Positions 6,893 through 15,865 of a stretch of 64,000 bases of DNA are shown here, piece after piece. The notes below the pieces were generated by a model. The model did not search any database. It saw only the letters and a list, made by a program, of their open reading frames with translations, and had not been told where the DNA came from. The stretch is from Pseudomonadota bacterium (GTDB lineage Bacteria; Pseudomonadota; Gammaproteobacteria; Methylococcales; Methylococcaceae). The stretch is taken from NCBI GenBank assembly GCA_041178325.1, contig JBEGVN010000014.1, positions 12,476 through 76,475 of the forward strand. Reading direction: 5' to 3'. Numbering within the stretch: position 1 is the stretch's first letter; each line of letters starts with the position of its first letter. A program made the translations under genes and the position numbers.

Positions 6893-9214
6893 ATGTATGG
6901 GCTCCCGAACCCCCACGAGAGCCCCTTCATGCAAGCTTCAGCCCGAATCCGGATTTCAGGTCGCGACATCGAAATCTCTCATCCAGAACCCTTTGGACCG
7001 GGCGATATCGATCGTCTTCTGCATCGCGCCTTTGCCCATGCGGATACCGATTCGGTGCACCTTGAGCCGTCGATCCGGCGGTTCAAGATCCGCCTTGGGA
7101 GTAGGAACACGGATACCAAGGCCTCGCTCGCACGGCTTGCCGATCTCATGGCACAGCCATCGGTACCTGAAGAATCCTTGCCAGAGGTCCCAGGACCAAG
7201 CCCTGTCACTTTTCAGCGTTGGCGGGGAATCGTGACTTCGCTGAACCTTCAGGATCAGGCTCTGGGACAAGTGCGCGTTGGGGTGCCGCGCAAGAGTTCT
7301 GGGCGGATCCAGCGGGAATCACTTCAAAATCTTCGCGGACTTCCTGGAGTGCATCAGGTCAGAACGCGCCGCTATCCGCGGCGCATCGTCATTGGATATG
7401 ACCCCAAGGTGGATCCGACGGTCTGGGTTCGGGCGCTAGAGCGTACGCTTTACCCTTCGGTCCATGCTCTTGTCACTCCGGAATCACCAAAGATCCCGGC
7501 GCTGATGGCCAATACCAATCTCGTCCTGTGTACCACGGGCCAGTTTTTTTATCCGCCGGTCATTCCTCTCGTTTCAGGCGTTCTGCTGCTCAGCCGTATC
7601 CCGCAGTTTGCGAAGGCTGCACGTGAACTTGGGCACGGCAAGATCGGTGCGCCTTTCTATGGCAGTGTCGTTGTGGCATGTTCTGTCGCTGCCATGGCGC
7701 CCTTTGCCTCGGCACTGGCCGAATGGTTGACCTGCGTATGGGAGCGACGGGTTGGACGTTTGATTACCCGTGAATCCAAGGTGCTGATTGCTGGACTTCC
7801 TCCGGTGACCAGGCTTCCGTCACCCGGGGAGAAGCGCAAGCCCCTCACGCTGGCGTCAGGTGACCTGGTGCCGTTTGACGGGATACTCGCAAAGGGCGAA
7901 CTCCTGGTTCGGGATGGTCTTTTTATGGACCCTGCATCCTCCCCCCTGATCCGAAAGCACCCGGGTGATGCATTGATCTCCGGCTTTCAGGTGATCGGCG
8001 GGCAAGGGACGATCAAGCCCTCCGAGGATGGTCATGAGGATCGTTTGCGTTCGGTTATTCAGGTGATTGCCGAACTTCCGGTTCGTCTGACGGAAGATGA
8101 CGCTCTCAAGGGCGAGGCACGTCGCATGGGTGATTTGAGCGTCTACCCCAATCTGGCCCTGGCGGGTGTGGCCTATTCGATGGGTGGGCTGCACATGGCT
8201 GGGGCGCTGATGCATCAGGACTGGATGGCCAGCCCGATGATTGCGGCCCCGACGGAATTTTTCCGTGACCTTCGGACGGGACTTGAACATGGCGCCCTGG
8301 TGCGCACCCCGGGTGCGCTCAAGGGACTTGCGCAGACCGATGTGCTGCTGATCGAGGCCAATTATCCGGGCCTATCCGATCTGAGACCTCGTGTCATCGA
8401 CATTGAATCGGATGATAAACCCGTCTCCAGAGCCAATGCCTGGGCCTCGATTCTGGCTGACTGGGTGGGCGACGCTCGCTCTGAGGCGCTAAGGGATCTT
8501 GCGCTGGTCAGCGATAGCGCCATCGTCGAATCGAGTTTTGTCCGCTTTGAAGACGGCCAGACAGAACTTCGCATCGAGGGCCTCAAGGTGGTCCTTGAAG
8601 ATCTCGATGTCGGGGGTGAGTGGCCCTCCCTTCGTATCGCCATCGAGGGGGAACCCGTCGAGACTCTAAGGTTTGGTGCAACGGACCTCGCACGACTGGC
8701 CCGAACCTTCCAGCGTCTGCGCGCCATGGGTATTGCCACTGCGGTCTATGGTCCAGGTGCCGCTACGGTGGGTGCCGTGGTGGGCGCGGATGCCACATAT
8801 CCTGATGTTGATGCCAACACGCTCGCCAAATTCCGCAGTGAACTCAATCTCAAGGGGTATGCCTCGAGTCTGGTGGCCTCCCGTCCCCTGGATCCCGCGC
8901 TGGTGGAGGATGCCCCGGTCGTGATTGGACCTTTGAACACGCTCAAGGGCATTGAGGTCCCCACCATCCAGTTGCTGGGTGATTCCCTCGATGGGCTCCC
9001 CGAACTGGTCCTCGCAGCACGTACCCTAAGGCTTCGGGTCGGACTGGCCAGTGCCCGAACCATTCCCACCAACCTCCTTTGCATCCTCGGTGCCTTTGCA
9101 GGCACCCTGAATGGCACCATGACAACTCTCATTGCACACAGCGGAGTGTTCGGAGTCTCACTGGTTCAAGGCCGACGCATCAAGAAGTCCAAACGCAAGG
9201 GTGAGATCCTCTAG
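6893..9214 (+). CDS. P1B-type (heavy-metal) ATPase homologue with all catalytic motifs degenerate, a putative pseudo-ATPase membrane protein
   Basis: Colinear with the CopA/ZntA layout. It has an HMA-like segment without CxxC and the A-domain GDLVPFDGILAKGELLV. TGES reads DPASS, CPC reads ASP, DKTGT reads EANYP (TDVLLIEANYPGLS), TGDN reads GPGA and GDGxNDxP reads SRPLDPA. The frame is intact. Alternative ATG at 6929. Confidence 0.7.
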   Translation: MYGLPNPHESPFMQASARIRISGRDIEISHPEPFGPGDIDRLLHRAFAHADTDSVHLEPSIRRFKIRLGSRNTDTKASLARLADLMAQPSVPEESLPEVPGPSPVTFQRWRGIVTSLNLQDQALGQVRVGVPRKSSGRIQRESLQNLRGLPGVHQVRTRRYPRRIVIGYDPKVDPTVWVRALERTLYPSVHALVTPESPKIPALMANTNLVLCTTGQFFYPPVIPLVSGVLLLSRIPQFAKAARELGHGKIGAPFYGSVVVACSVAAMAPFASALAEWLTCVWERRVGRLITRESKVLIAGLPPVTRLPSPGEKRKPLTLASGDLVPFDGILAKGELLVRDGLFMDPASSPLIRKHPGDALISGFQVIGGQGTIKPSEDGHEDRLRSVIQVIAELPVRLTEDDALKGEARRMGDLSVYPNLALAGVAYSMGGLHMAGALMHQDWMASPMIAAPTEFFRDLRTGLEHGALVRTPGALKGLAQTDVLLIEANYPGLSDLRPRVIDIESDDKPVSRANAWASILADWVGDARSEALRDLALVSDSAIVESSFVRFEDGQTELRIEGLKVVLEDLDVGGEWPSLRIAIEGEPVETLRFGATDLARLARTFQRLRAMGIATAVYGPGAATVGAVVGADATYPDVDANTLAKFRSELNLKGYASSLVASRPLDPALVEDAPVVIGPLNTLKGIEVPTIQLLGDSLDGLPELVLAARTLRLRVGLASARTIPTNLLCILGAFAGTLNGTMTTLIAHSGVFGVSLVQGRRIKKSKRKGEIL

Positions 9215-12200
9215 GTTCTCTCCCTCCGTCGTTGTCCGTTATAGCTTCGCAAAAGACCCAAAAGATCGTCTCTGCCACCGGCCGCAATTTTTCGGAGCAG
9301 GGCGGCGAGAACGGGGCCCTTGGTGCCGGCCTCCTGATCCAGGGCTTCGCGTGATGGCCCAAGATCGCCGAGGCTCTTTTGATAGTCTCCGGTCACTGGA
9401 TACCCTGCAAATGACTCCAGCAGTGCGGCCTTGTAATAACGCGCCTGTGCCGGAGTCAGATCTTTGCTGACTTTCAAAGTCTCGCCCTCGATCCACCGAT
9501 GCAACTCGCTCTCAACTGCAGATGGACTCTCCTTGATCAGCTTCCGGAGGGTTTCAGATGGCGAGTCACCCCGGGATTCAGCATCCTTCAGAATCTGCCC
9601 CAATACTTCAATTCCGCTTTCCCCGAGTACCTTGAGGCGGGCGTAACTGGCTCTCAGAAAGGCGCCGCTGAGGCTATCCAAGGATTCAGCCGCGGATGTG
9701 GCGCTGGAGGCTACATCGAGGCGCGGGGAGAGTTTCTCTTGACGGTCTTCGTCGAATCGCTGTTCACTCTGGTGCTGCTGTTGCTTCCGGGCATGAAAGG
9801 CCGCATCGGCGGATTCTGCAATCCGTGCATCTCCCTGATCATTCATGTCACTCGCCCGATGGATCTGTGCCATCGTATCTGCCGCGATGTTTTCCGGTTG
9901 TTCCATGGGGTGGTCCTTGAGTGCCCACTGGACCTTCGATTGAAGGATTTCACTGTCCACCGGCATGCGAAGTGCATGCGCAGTTCTCTCAGGGGCAAGA
10001 TCTGTTGCGACATAAGGCGCATGAAAGGCTTCTCCAAGGACAGTACGACCCAGCGTCCTTGCGAGAACCGATTCTTCTTCGGATAGTGGGTGGTAGACCG
10101 GGTGGGCATGCCCTGTCATCAGCGCGAGTCCCGCTGCGGCATAGGATTGGGTTGCATTCCCAATGAGGTTTTGATGATGCCATTCGTTACCGAGTCGCTC
10201 GGCATCTCCGCGCAATCCCACCTGATCGAGCGCATGATGCAATGCTTCCAGGGTTTCTGGTTGCTGGACAATCCGATGGCTGGCTTCAAGCGCCCCGATA
10301 CGCACATCGGAACCTGACCGGTAGCTGGTCTGGGTGGTCGTCTGATACGCCCTTTCGGCCTCTATGGCTGCTTGTGCAGTGTGTCCCAATTCTCCCAAGG
10401 CATCAGAGCGAAGTCCCAGCGTTGCACTCATCCTGTGCCCCTCAGCGGCATCTTTTGCGACCGATTGGGCCAGTTCATTCTGAAAGCCATGATCCTGGGT
10501 AATCTTTTTTGAAAGATCCGCGGCAATTTCGTGCGCCCGGCCCTCACCGAGGTGAAAGCGATCCTGAAGTTGACCCTGGAGGCCAAGAGCCAGGTTATCG
10601 GGAAGCAGGCCGCCCGATGGCACACCCTGAGAGGGCCCCTGATAGCGTCCTGTCACGGCGCCTCCAAGCAGCGTTGCAAAGTCATGACCGCTAAGCCCAC
10701 TTTCCCGATATCGCTCGGCAAGATCCTCACCCGTCGCTTCCATGAACCGGTCGGTGGCACTCGATTGCGAGGCCGTTCTTTGACTGATCAACCGGTTTTG
10801 GCTTCCTTCTTCCAGCAGCGCATGGCTCTTGGCACCCTGTACACGCAGGCCTTGCATGAATGTATCGTTGCTGCGTTCGCGTTGCGAGGCCTCAGAGGCC
10901 TCGGTGTGTGCTTGATCCTGGCTCAAGCTGAAGGTGGGGAGAATACGCTCTGCGCCGGACATCGAAAGTCCTGCCAAGGGGGTATGCCGGTGACTTGATT
11001 CCATTCCGATCAGGGCAGGGGACTGCAAAAGCGCGGGGCTTGCGACCTTTTCATCAACAAAGTCGCCGCCTTGCATGCGGCCCAGAAAATGTGTTGCCGT
11101 GACAGAACCCCCATAGACCAGCATCAAGGCAATGGCCGGTGTCGCACTGGCCAGCATTCCGCCTACGGCCAGCCAGTTCTGGAGTTCCATGTCCATCTGA
11201 TAAAGACCTGCAACGGAGTCCAGCGCAAAGCGTGCCTTCGACAAGGCGGCGAATCCGCCACGCGTTGCAAGGGTAATGTAGAGATTCCCGATCGCAAGTA
11301 TCGGCATCCAGAACTGGATCCAGATCAGCATCAGCGCGTACTGGCCGCAAAGACGAATACCGCGTGCACCCAGAAGGAGGGTGAACGCCATGATGGGTGT
11401 CACGGCGTAGCTGAATCCCTCAATCCAGGTCAGCATGGGACGCACCATGCGCGCAAAGAGAGATTGCTCGGCCGCCCACTGGGTATTGCGCTGCGCAATG
11501 GCGGTTTCAACCATCGCGGCCTGCGTGGCCTTGAGGCTGTCCTGCTGACGGCCAAGCACTCCCTGTTCAAAAAGGGGGACCAAGGCTGCTGCAAGGATAA
11601 AGCGGGAGGCCTCTTGTTGTCCCTGTGTCAGGGCATCGAGGGCCGCCTGAATGGTGCCTATGGGATCTTTTGCACCCGGCCCTGACATGAAAAATCCCAG
11701 CTGCTGGACCAGCAGGGGAAACGCCTGATCGGTCACCAGATGCCGCAGGCGAGGCCAGGCATCGGTGCATGTCACGAGCAGAGGAAGGCTGCCGTCCCGT
11801 ATCTCGGTGGCATAGATCTCGGAGTCATAACGTAGGGCATCGGGGAGTCCTCCCGTATTCAGTAGGGTCGTAGCGTCAATTGCGCCAAGATCAACTCCGG
11901 TCAACGTGCAGTCCTTCACGTACTGAGTGACACTGGTGGCCACATCGCTTGTAGGTGAGGGATCAAGAGCTTTCCCGAGTGAAAGGCGGGAGAGAAGATT
12001 CCTGCGGACCTGGGTCAAGGTTTCAAGGCTCCCTGCATAGCCTTGCTGCGTCAGGGTCGGGACTGAAAATGCGGTTTCGAAAAGTACCGTCAATCCATAG
12101 CCGAGCTCTGAAATGATGGCACCGGAAACGGCAGGTCCGAGGGGGACATGGTCAACAACCCTGATCTCGCCGGTATAGGCATCTTCAATGGAAAGGGAGG

Positions 12201-12432
12201 TGGTGGGTTGAAAGAGTGCCATCCACAGAATGACCGCGCCAATAAATTCACCATAGCGCAGGGTCGGTGGGCCTGTCTCAAGGAGTCCTCGCAAGGCTTG
12301 CATGAGGATGCCAACGAGGGCACCGATACCGGCAGCGGTCCTTACATCCTGTGTCCCAAAGACCATGGCAATACTGTTGAGGATCGCGGCCAGGAAAGCG
12401 CTGTCGCCTATGGCATGGAGGGTGAGAACCAT
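9211..12432 (-). CDS. traG: F-type conjugal transfer protein TraG (TraG_N mating-pair formation/stabilisation)
   Basis: 1073 aa with a multi-TM N-terminal half (TWIEGFSYAVTPIMAFTLLLG, MLIWIQFWMPILAIGNLYI) and a long Ala/Gln/Ser-rich C-terminal half. Follows traH. Confidence 0.85.
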   Translation of the reverse strand: MVLTLHAIGDSAFLAAILNSIAMVFGTQDVRTAAGIGALVGILMQALRGLLETGPPTLRYGEFIGAVILWMALFQPTTSLSIEDAYTGEIRVVDHVPLGPAVSGAIISELGYGLTVLFETAFSVPTLTQQGYAGSLETLTQVRRNLLSRLSLGKALDPSPTSDVATSVTQYVKDCTLTGVDLGAIDATTLLNTGGLPDALRYDSEIYATEIRDGSLPLLVTCTDAWPRLRHLVTDQAFPLLVQQLGFFMSGPGAKDPIGTIQAALDALTQGQQEASRFILAAALVPLFEQGVLGRQQDSLKATQAAMVETAIAQRNTQWAAEQSLFARMVRPMLTWIEGFSYAVTPIMAFTLLLGARGIRLCGQYALMLIWIQFWMPILAIGNLYITLATRGGFAALSKARFALDSVAGLYQMDMELQNWLAVGGMLASATPAIALMLVYGGSVTATHFLGRMQGGDFVDEKVASPALLQSPALIGMESSHRHTPLAGLSMSGAERILPTFSLSQDQAHTEASEASQRERSNDTFMQGLRVQGAKSHALLEEGSQNRLISQRTASQSSATDRFMEATGEDLAERYRESGLSGHDFATLLGGAVTGRYQGPSQGVPSGGLLPDNLALGLQGQLQDRFHLGEGRAHEIAADLSKKITQDHGFQNELAQSVAKDAAEGHRMSATLGLRSDALGELGHTAQAAIEAERAYQTTTQTSYRSGSDVRIGALEASHRIVQQPETLEALHHALDQVGLRGDAERLGNEWHHQNLIGNATQSYAAAGLALMTGHAHPVYHPLSEEESVLARTLGRTVLGEAFHAPYVATDLAPERTAHALRMPVDSEILQSKVQWALKDHPMEQPENIAADTMAQIHRASDMNDQGDARIAESADAAFHARKQQQHQSEQRFDEDRQEKLSPRLDVASSATSAAESLDSLSGAFLRASYARLKVLGESGIEVLGQILKDAESRGDSPSETLRKLIKESPSAVESELHRWIEGETLKVSKDLTPAQARYYKAALLESFAGYPVTGDYQKSLGDLGPSREALDQEAGTKGPVLAALLRKIAAGGRDDLLGLLRSYNGQRRRERT

Positions 12433-13856
12433 CAGTCGCCTCCGCGTGAGGTTCCCTGTGCCCAGGGTCCCTTGATCCCATAATCCCGGCTGCGTCCGGT
12501 TTGCATTAGGGTCTGGTAACGGGTGACGAGGCTTGCAATGGTTCCCCAGCGATTCTCAAGGCTTTTTCGCTCTTCTCGCAGTTTGGAGAGGGTCTGATCC
12601 AGAGCCTCATGAATGAGCCGCTGGTAGGGGTGATCATCCAATCGGCTACTTTCTCGGGTGGTTGCGATCATCTCTTCGATGAGATCGCCGGCCACTTCGA
12701 TCGCGAGAATCGGTGCGGCTTCCCCAGCAAAATGCTGAGCAAGCCCCGGGTCCTCGCGCGCAAGATTGCGCACCAAAGCGCTCAGCGCGTGGGGAGCCTG
12801 GTCCATGAATCTGAGTTCCTCCGGGGTGAAACGACCCTGACCAGTAGCAAACTTATGAAGGATGCCCGTGCTCCCGTCAGGCCCCCCGAGGAGGGTTTCG
12901 ATGCGGGAGATAAACCCCCGCATTTCAAAGGGAACGGTTCGTGGATGGAGGCATCCCTCGAGACTGTCCTCATCACACTGATACATCATGGCAAGGGTTC
13001 CTTTGTCTTGGGGCTCTCCTCCCTGGAGAAGCTCCCGGATACCGAGCAAGGGTGGAAGACTCTGGACCGGAAGCGTATGTCCCTTGTTGCGGATCCCTTC
13101 GGTAGGGCCCTGGATGATGACGGTTCCGGTGACGCTCATGAGGGCTTCGAACCAGGCTGTGTTGCCATCGGCGCCGAGGGTTCCCCCGGCATGCTGGTGA
13201 AGAGAGCGCCAGATCAGGTTTCCGGAAACGGTTTTTTGAAGGCCTGAAGGATCTGAGTTAACCGCCCGTTCCAGAGGATCCCCTTGGGCAAAGGTGAAAC
13301 TTTCAAAGGCGTCACCCAAGCCTTTGGCTAAAGACCATTGGGACACACGACTGCGCTGCTGTGCATCCATGGCGGATATACCGTCGTTGACGATCCCCTG
13401 AGCGAGCTGGCAACTGTTGGCCAAATGCTCATTGAGGGATTGGACCTTTTTTTGAAGATCACTCATGAGACTGCCGCAATCCGGGCACATGGCATTGATT
13501 CCGAGCTGAAAGGCATAGCCGCCGGCATTCGATGCAATACTCCGAAGCAGGCCTGTGAATTCCGATTGGTTAATGAAGGAAAACGAGCCGCCATAAAGAT
13601 CGATGCCGCCGCAGCCCCCACCAAAGCTGGGAGGTGTCAGGGTGACCGGACGGGCTTGCATGATCCTGTGACGCATGACGACACTGCCGCCACTCAGGAC
13701 GCCCCGACGCTGCCCCATCTGTGCGCTCGGTTGGGTGACATTACTCATGCCCTCAAACATGCGATCCAGATCATGATCGAGGGTTGCAATGCTCACAGGC
13801 GAAATTCCCATAAGAAATATTCCGTTTAAAACCCAGGATCTCAATCTCAATCTCAT
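12432..13856 (-). CDS. traH: F-type conjugal transfer pilus assembly protein TraH
   Basis: Signal peptide plus the hallmark GGGCGGIDLYGGSFSFINQSEF. ATGA overlap with the traF stop. Confidence 0.9.
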   Translation of the reverse strand: MRLRLRSWVLNGIFLMGISPVSIATLDHDLDRMFEGMSNVTQPSAQMGQRRGVLSGGSVVMRHRIMQARPVTLTPPSFGGGCGGIDLYGGSFSFINQSEFTGLLRSIASNAGGYAFQLGINAMCPDCGSLMSDLQKKVQSLNEHLANSCQLAQGIVNDGISAMDAQQRSRVSQWSLAKGLGDAFESFTFAQGDPLERAVNSDPSGLQKTVSGNLIWRSLHQHAGGTLGADGNTAWFEALMSVTGTVIIQGPTEGIRNKGHTLPVQSLPPLLGIRELLQGGEPQDKGTLAMMYQCDEDSLEGCLHPRTVPFEMRGFISRIETLLGGPDGSTGILHKFATGQGRFTPEELRFMDQAPHALSALVRNLAREDPGLAQHFAGEAAPILAIEVAGDLIEEMIATTRESSRLDDHPYQRLIHEALDQTLSKLREERKSLENRWGTIASLVTRYQTLMQTGRSRDYGIKGPWAQGTSRGGD

Positions 13857-14662
13857 TCGGAATGCTGGTGTGATGGGATCAGGCCGGAAGCCAAGCCGGT
13901 TTCATAAAGATGCGCTTCAAGCTCCAACGCCGAGGCTGAACCTTCAAGGACAGGAAAGAGACCTTTTTGTGGAACCATCAGCAAAAAAGCGGGGGTTGCT
14001 GTCAGATGCAGCGTCTGACCCAACCCGGGATCCTTGAACAGGGTTTCGGGCGGAAGGCCCGGAAGATCGCCGCCATCCAGGCTGACGGCATAAAGGCGCA
14101 TTCCGATCCTTTGGGAGAGCTCCCCAACCAGGGGGGCCATCAGATGGCAAAAGCGGCAATCGGAACGAAACACAAAGAGGAGTCCTGCTGCCTTTGCCAT
14201 CTGGGACAAGGCATTCAAACGCGCATGATTTTCGGCCTGGTGATTCAGCGCAAGGGCGAATGGTGTTGTGGGGCGCTGCGCACGTTCATCGAGATGCGGA
14301 TCTTGAAAAACCACCGAATGGGCCATCTCAGCAAAACGTTCGGCCTTGTCGAGCAATGCTTTCTGGAGCACAAAATAGCGCCGGACATTTTCCGCTGTCG
14401 GATCATCGAGAGCCTGATCCCGAATGGTCCCAAGATGGGCACGAAACCAGGCGCTGGTCAGGGGGGTGTCCTCGGGGGTGAGGGGTAATGGGGGCACGAC
14501 AGGGGCTTTCACCGTGGGCGGCGCCTGACGCAGCAGGGGTTCAGGCGTGGTCTCCTTCCAGAACCAGCCCTGGGCCTTTTCATCGTAAAAGGGATGAGGG
14601 ATTGGTGCTGCGTGCGTCGCCCAGGGCATTGAGGAAAGGAAGATAACTATCCAAGGTTGCAT
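13853..14662 (-). CDS. traF: F-type TraF, a thioredoxin-fold pilus assembly protein that retains a CxxC motif
   Basis: GWFWKE N-terminal motif, YFVLQKALLDKA, and thioredoxin-like LLFVFRSDCRFCHLMAPLV...AVSLDG. The ATG at 14662 gives the signal peptide MQPWIVIFLSSMPWATHA. The track ORF starts at a TTG at 14704. Confidence 0.85.
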   Translation of the reverse strand: MQPWIVIFLSSMPWATHAAPIPHPFYDEKAQGWFWKETTPEPLLRQAPPTVKAPVVPPLPLTPEDTPLTSAWFRAHLGTIRDQALDDPTAENVRRYFVLQKALLDKAERFAEMAHSVVFQDPHLDERAQRPTTPFALALNHQAENHARLNALSQMAKAAGLLFVFRSDCRFCHLMAPLVGELSQRIGMRLYAVSLDGGDLPGLPPETLFKDPGLGQTLHLTATPAFLLMVPQKGLFPVLEGSASALELEAHLYETGLASGLIPSHQHSE

Positions 14663-14696
14663 GGCTTCATTGTGGCCATCAACGCAAGCTATCGCC

Positions 14697-14732
14697 CCTT
14701 TCAAGATGAGGCGAACGGGTTACCTTGAAAGG
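14697..14732. promoter_or_regulatory. Inverted repeat CCTTTCAAG-atgagGCGAACGGgtta-CCTTGAAAGG, copy 2 of the shared element, abutting the srkA stop codon
   Basis: Perfect 9-bp arms read directly. It lies between the srkA stop (14733-14735) and the traF start (14662). Confidence 0.5.
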
Positions 14733-15734
14733 TCAGGGCAGAAGGGAGAGCGGGGGCTCCAGCATCCTTTCGACTTGATTTGAAAGCTCAACGGTTCTCT
14801 CAGTCCAGTACGCAGGTGTCCCAAAATCGGGGAAGGCCCTTGGAAAAGCAGGATCTTCGGTGCGCGCTGAAAGCCATTCGCTGTAATGAATCAATCGAAG
14901 GGTCCGTAAGGGCTCAATGAGTCGTAGTTCACGCAGGTCAAAACTTTCAAAAGTGTCATAGCCCTCAATCAGTGTCATCAGGGCCATGCGACGGTCGGCT
15001 TCGTCGCCCTGAGCGAGCATCCAGAGGTCCTGTACTCGAGGGCCGATGCGGGCATCATCAAAATCGAGCAGCAGGGGTCCCTCGGAGGTTGTCAGGATGT
15101 TTCCGGGATAAGCATCGGCATGGACCCGGATGGTTGAAACCGGTCCCGTTGACTCGAAAGCTGCATCAATGGCCGAAAGGGCGCTAACAAGGGCTTCCTC
15201 ATAAGGTTTGTGGAGAGAGGTCGGAATGAGTCCGCTTTCCAGAATCCGAAGGCCAGGACGATGCCCATAGGTCAGGGGATCAACGGTCGGGCGGTGATGA
15301 AAGGGGTGTAACTTTCCCACGGCATGAATCCGAGCAATCAGACGTCCCAGGGATTCAAGGGTGTCGAGATCCTCGGTTTCAGGGGGGCGCCCCCCGATCC
15401 TGGGCGAAAGGGAAAAGCGAAAATCAGCGAAGTGAAAAAGGCTTTTGCCTTCGGCGTCTTCAAGCATGGGGGCTACCGGGATTTCGGCGGCCTGAAGCTC
15501 TTTGAGGAATTCATGCTCCTCGAGTATGGCCTCATCAGTCCAGCGACCCGGCCGGTAGAATTTGGCAATGGCAAAGCTGCCCTCATCAAGGCCTACCTGA
15601 AAGACCCGATTTTCGTAACTATTGAGCGCCATGATGCGCCCATCCGGTTGCCATCCCGCTGATTCCAGGGCATCTCCGATCAGATCCGGTGTTAGCGTTT
15701 CAAAGGGATGTGGAGGTGTGGGGATCGGGTTCAT
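14733..15734 (-). CDS. srkA: Stress response serine/threonine kinase SrkA (YihE)
   Basis: Colinear with E. coli YihE: LNSYENRVFQ, KFYRPGRWT, HADAYPGNIL, DFDDARIGPRVQDLWML, IEPLRTLRLIHY. MNPIP start at 15734; the track ORF starts at a GTG at 15785. Confidence 0.9.
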   Translation of the reverse strand: MNPIPTPPHPFETLTPDLIGDALESAGWQPDGRIMALNSYENRVFQVGLDEGSFAIAKFYRPGRWTDEAILEEHEFLKELQAAEIPVAPMLEDAEGKSLFHFADFRFSLSPRIGGRPPETEDLDTLESLGRLIARIHAVGKLHPFHHRPTVDPLTYGHRPGLRILESGLIPTSLHKPYEEALVSALSAIDAAFESTGPVSTIRVHADAYPGNILTTSEGPLLLDFDDARIGPRVQDLWMLAQGDEADRRMALMTLIEGYDTFESFDLRELRLIEPLRTLRLIHYSEWLSARTEDPAFPRAFPDFGTPAYWTERTVELSNQVERMLEPPLSLLP

Positions 15735-15865
15735 AAGGGAGACAGCCGGTGAGGGGTACCCGAGGATACTCCTTTTGACCGCCACCAGTCCCTCGATCTT
15801 TTATTGAATTTGAGGGCTTCGTTTGTGATCGGCTCGTCGGGTGAGATACCCGTGCATCGTCCCGG

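Larger units (their letters stand above)
1..14732. mobile_element. Segment of an integrative/conjugative element or its remnant (MOBH relaxase, TraD coupling protein, F-type TraF/TraH/TraG, FlhDC-like activator). It continues beyond the left edge.
   Basis: Transfer genes cluster at 1-3580 and 9211-14662, and a chromosomal srkA starts immediately at 14733. No integrase or att site is visible in the window. Confidence 0.7.

Noticed and set aside
13853-15734. Idea that the thioredoxin-fold gene after srkA is a diverged dsbA (yihE-dsbA synteny of enterobacteria)
   Set aside because: The protein has the TraF N-terminal GWFW region and TraF-type layout. It is translationally coupled to traH and traG, so the adjacency to srkA is better explained by element insertion.
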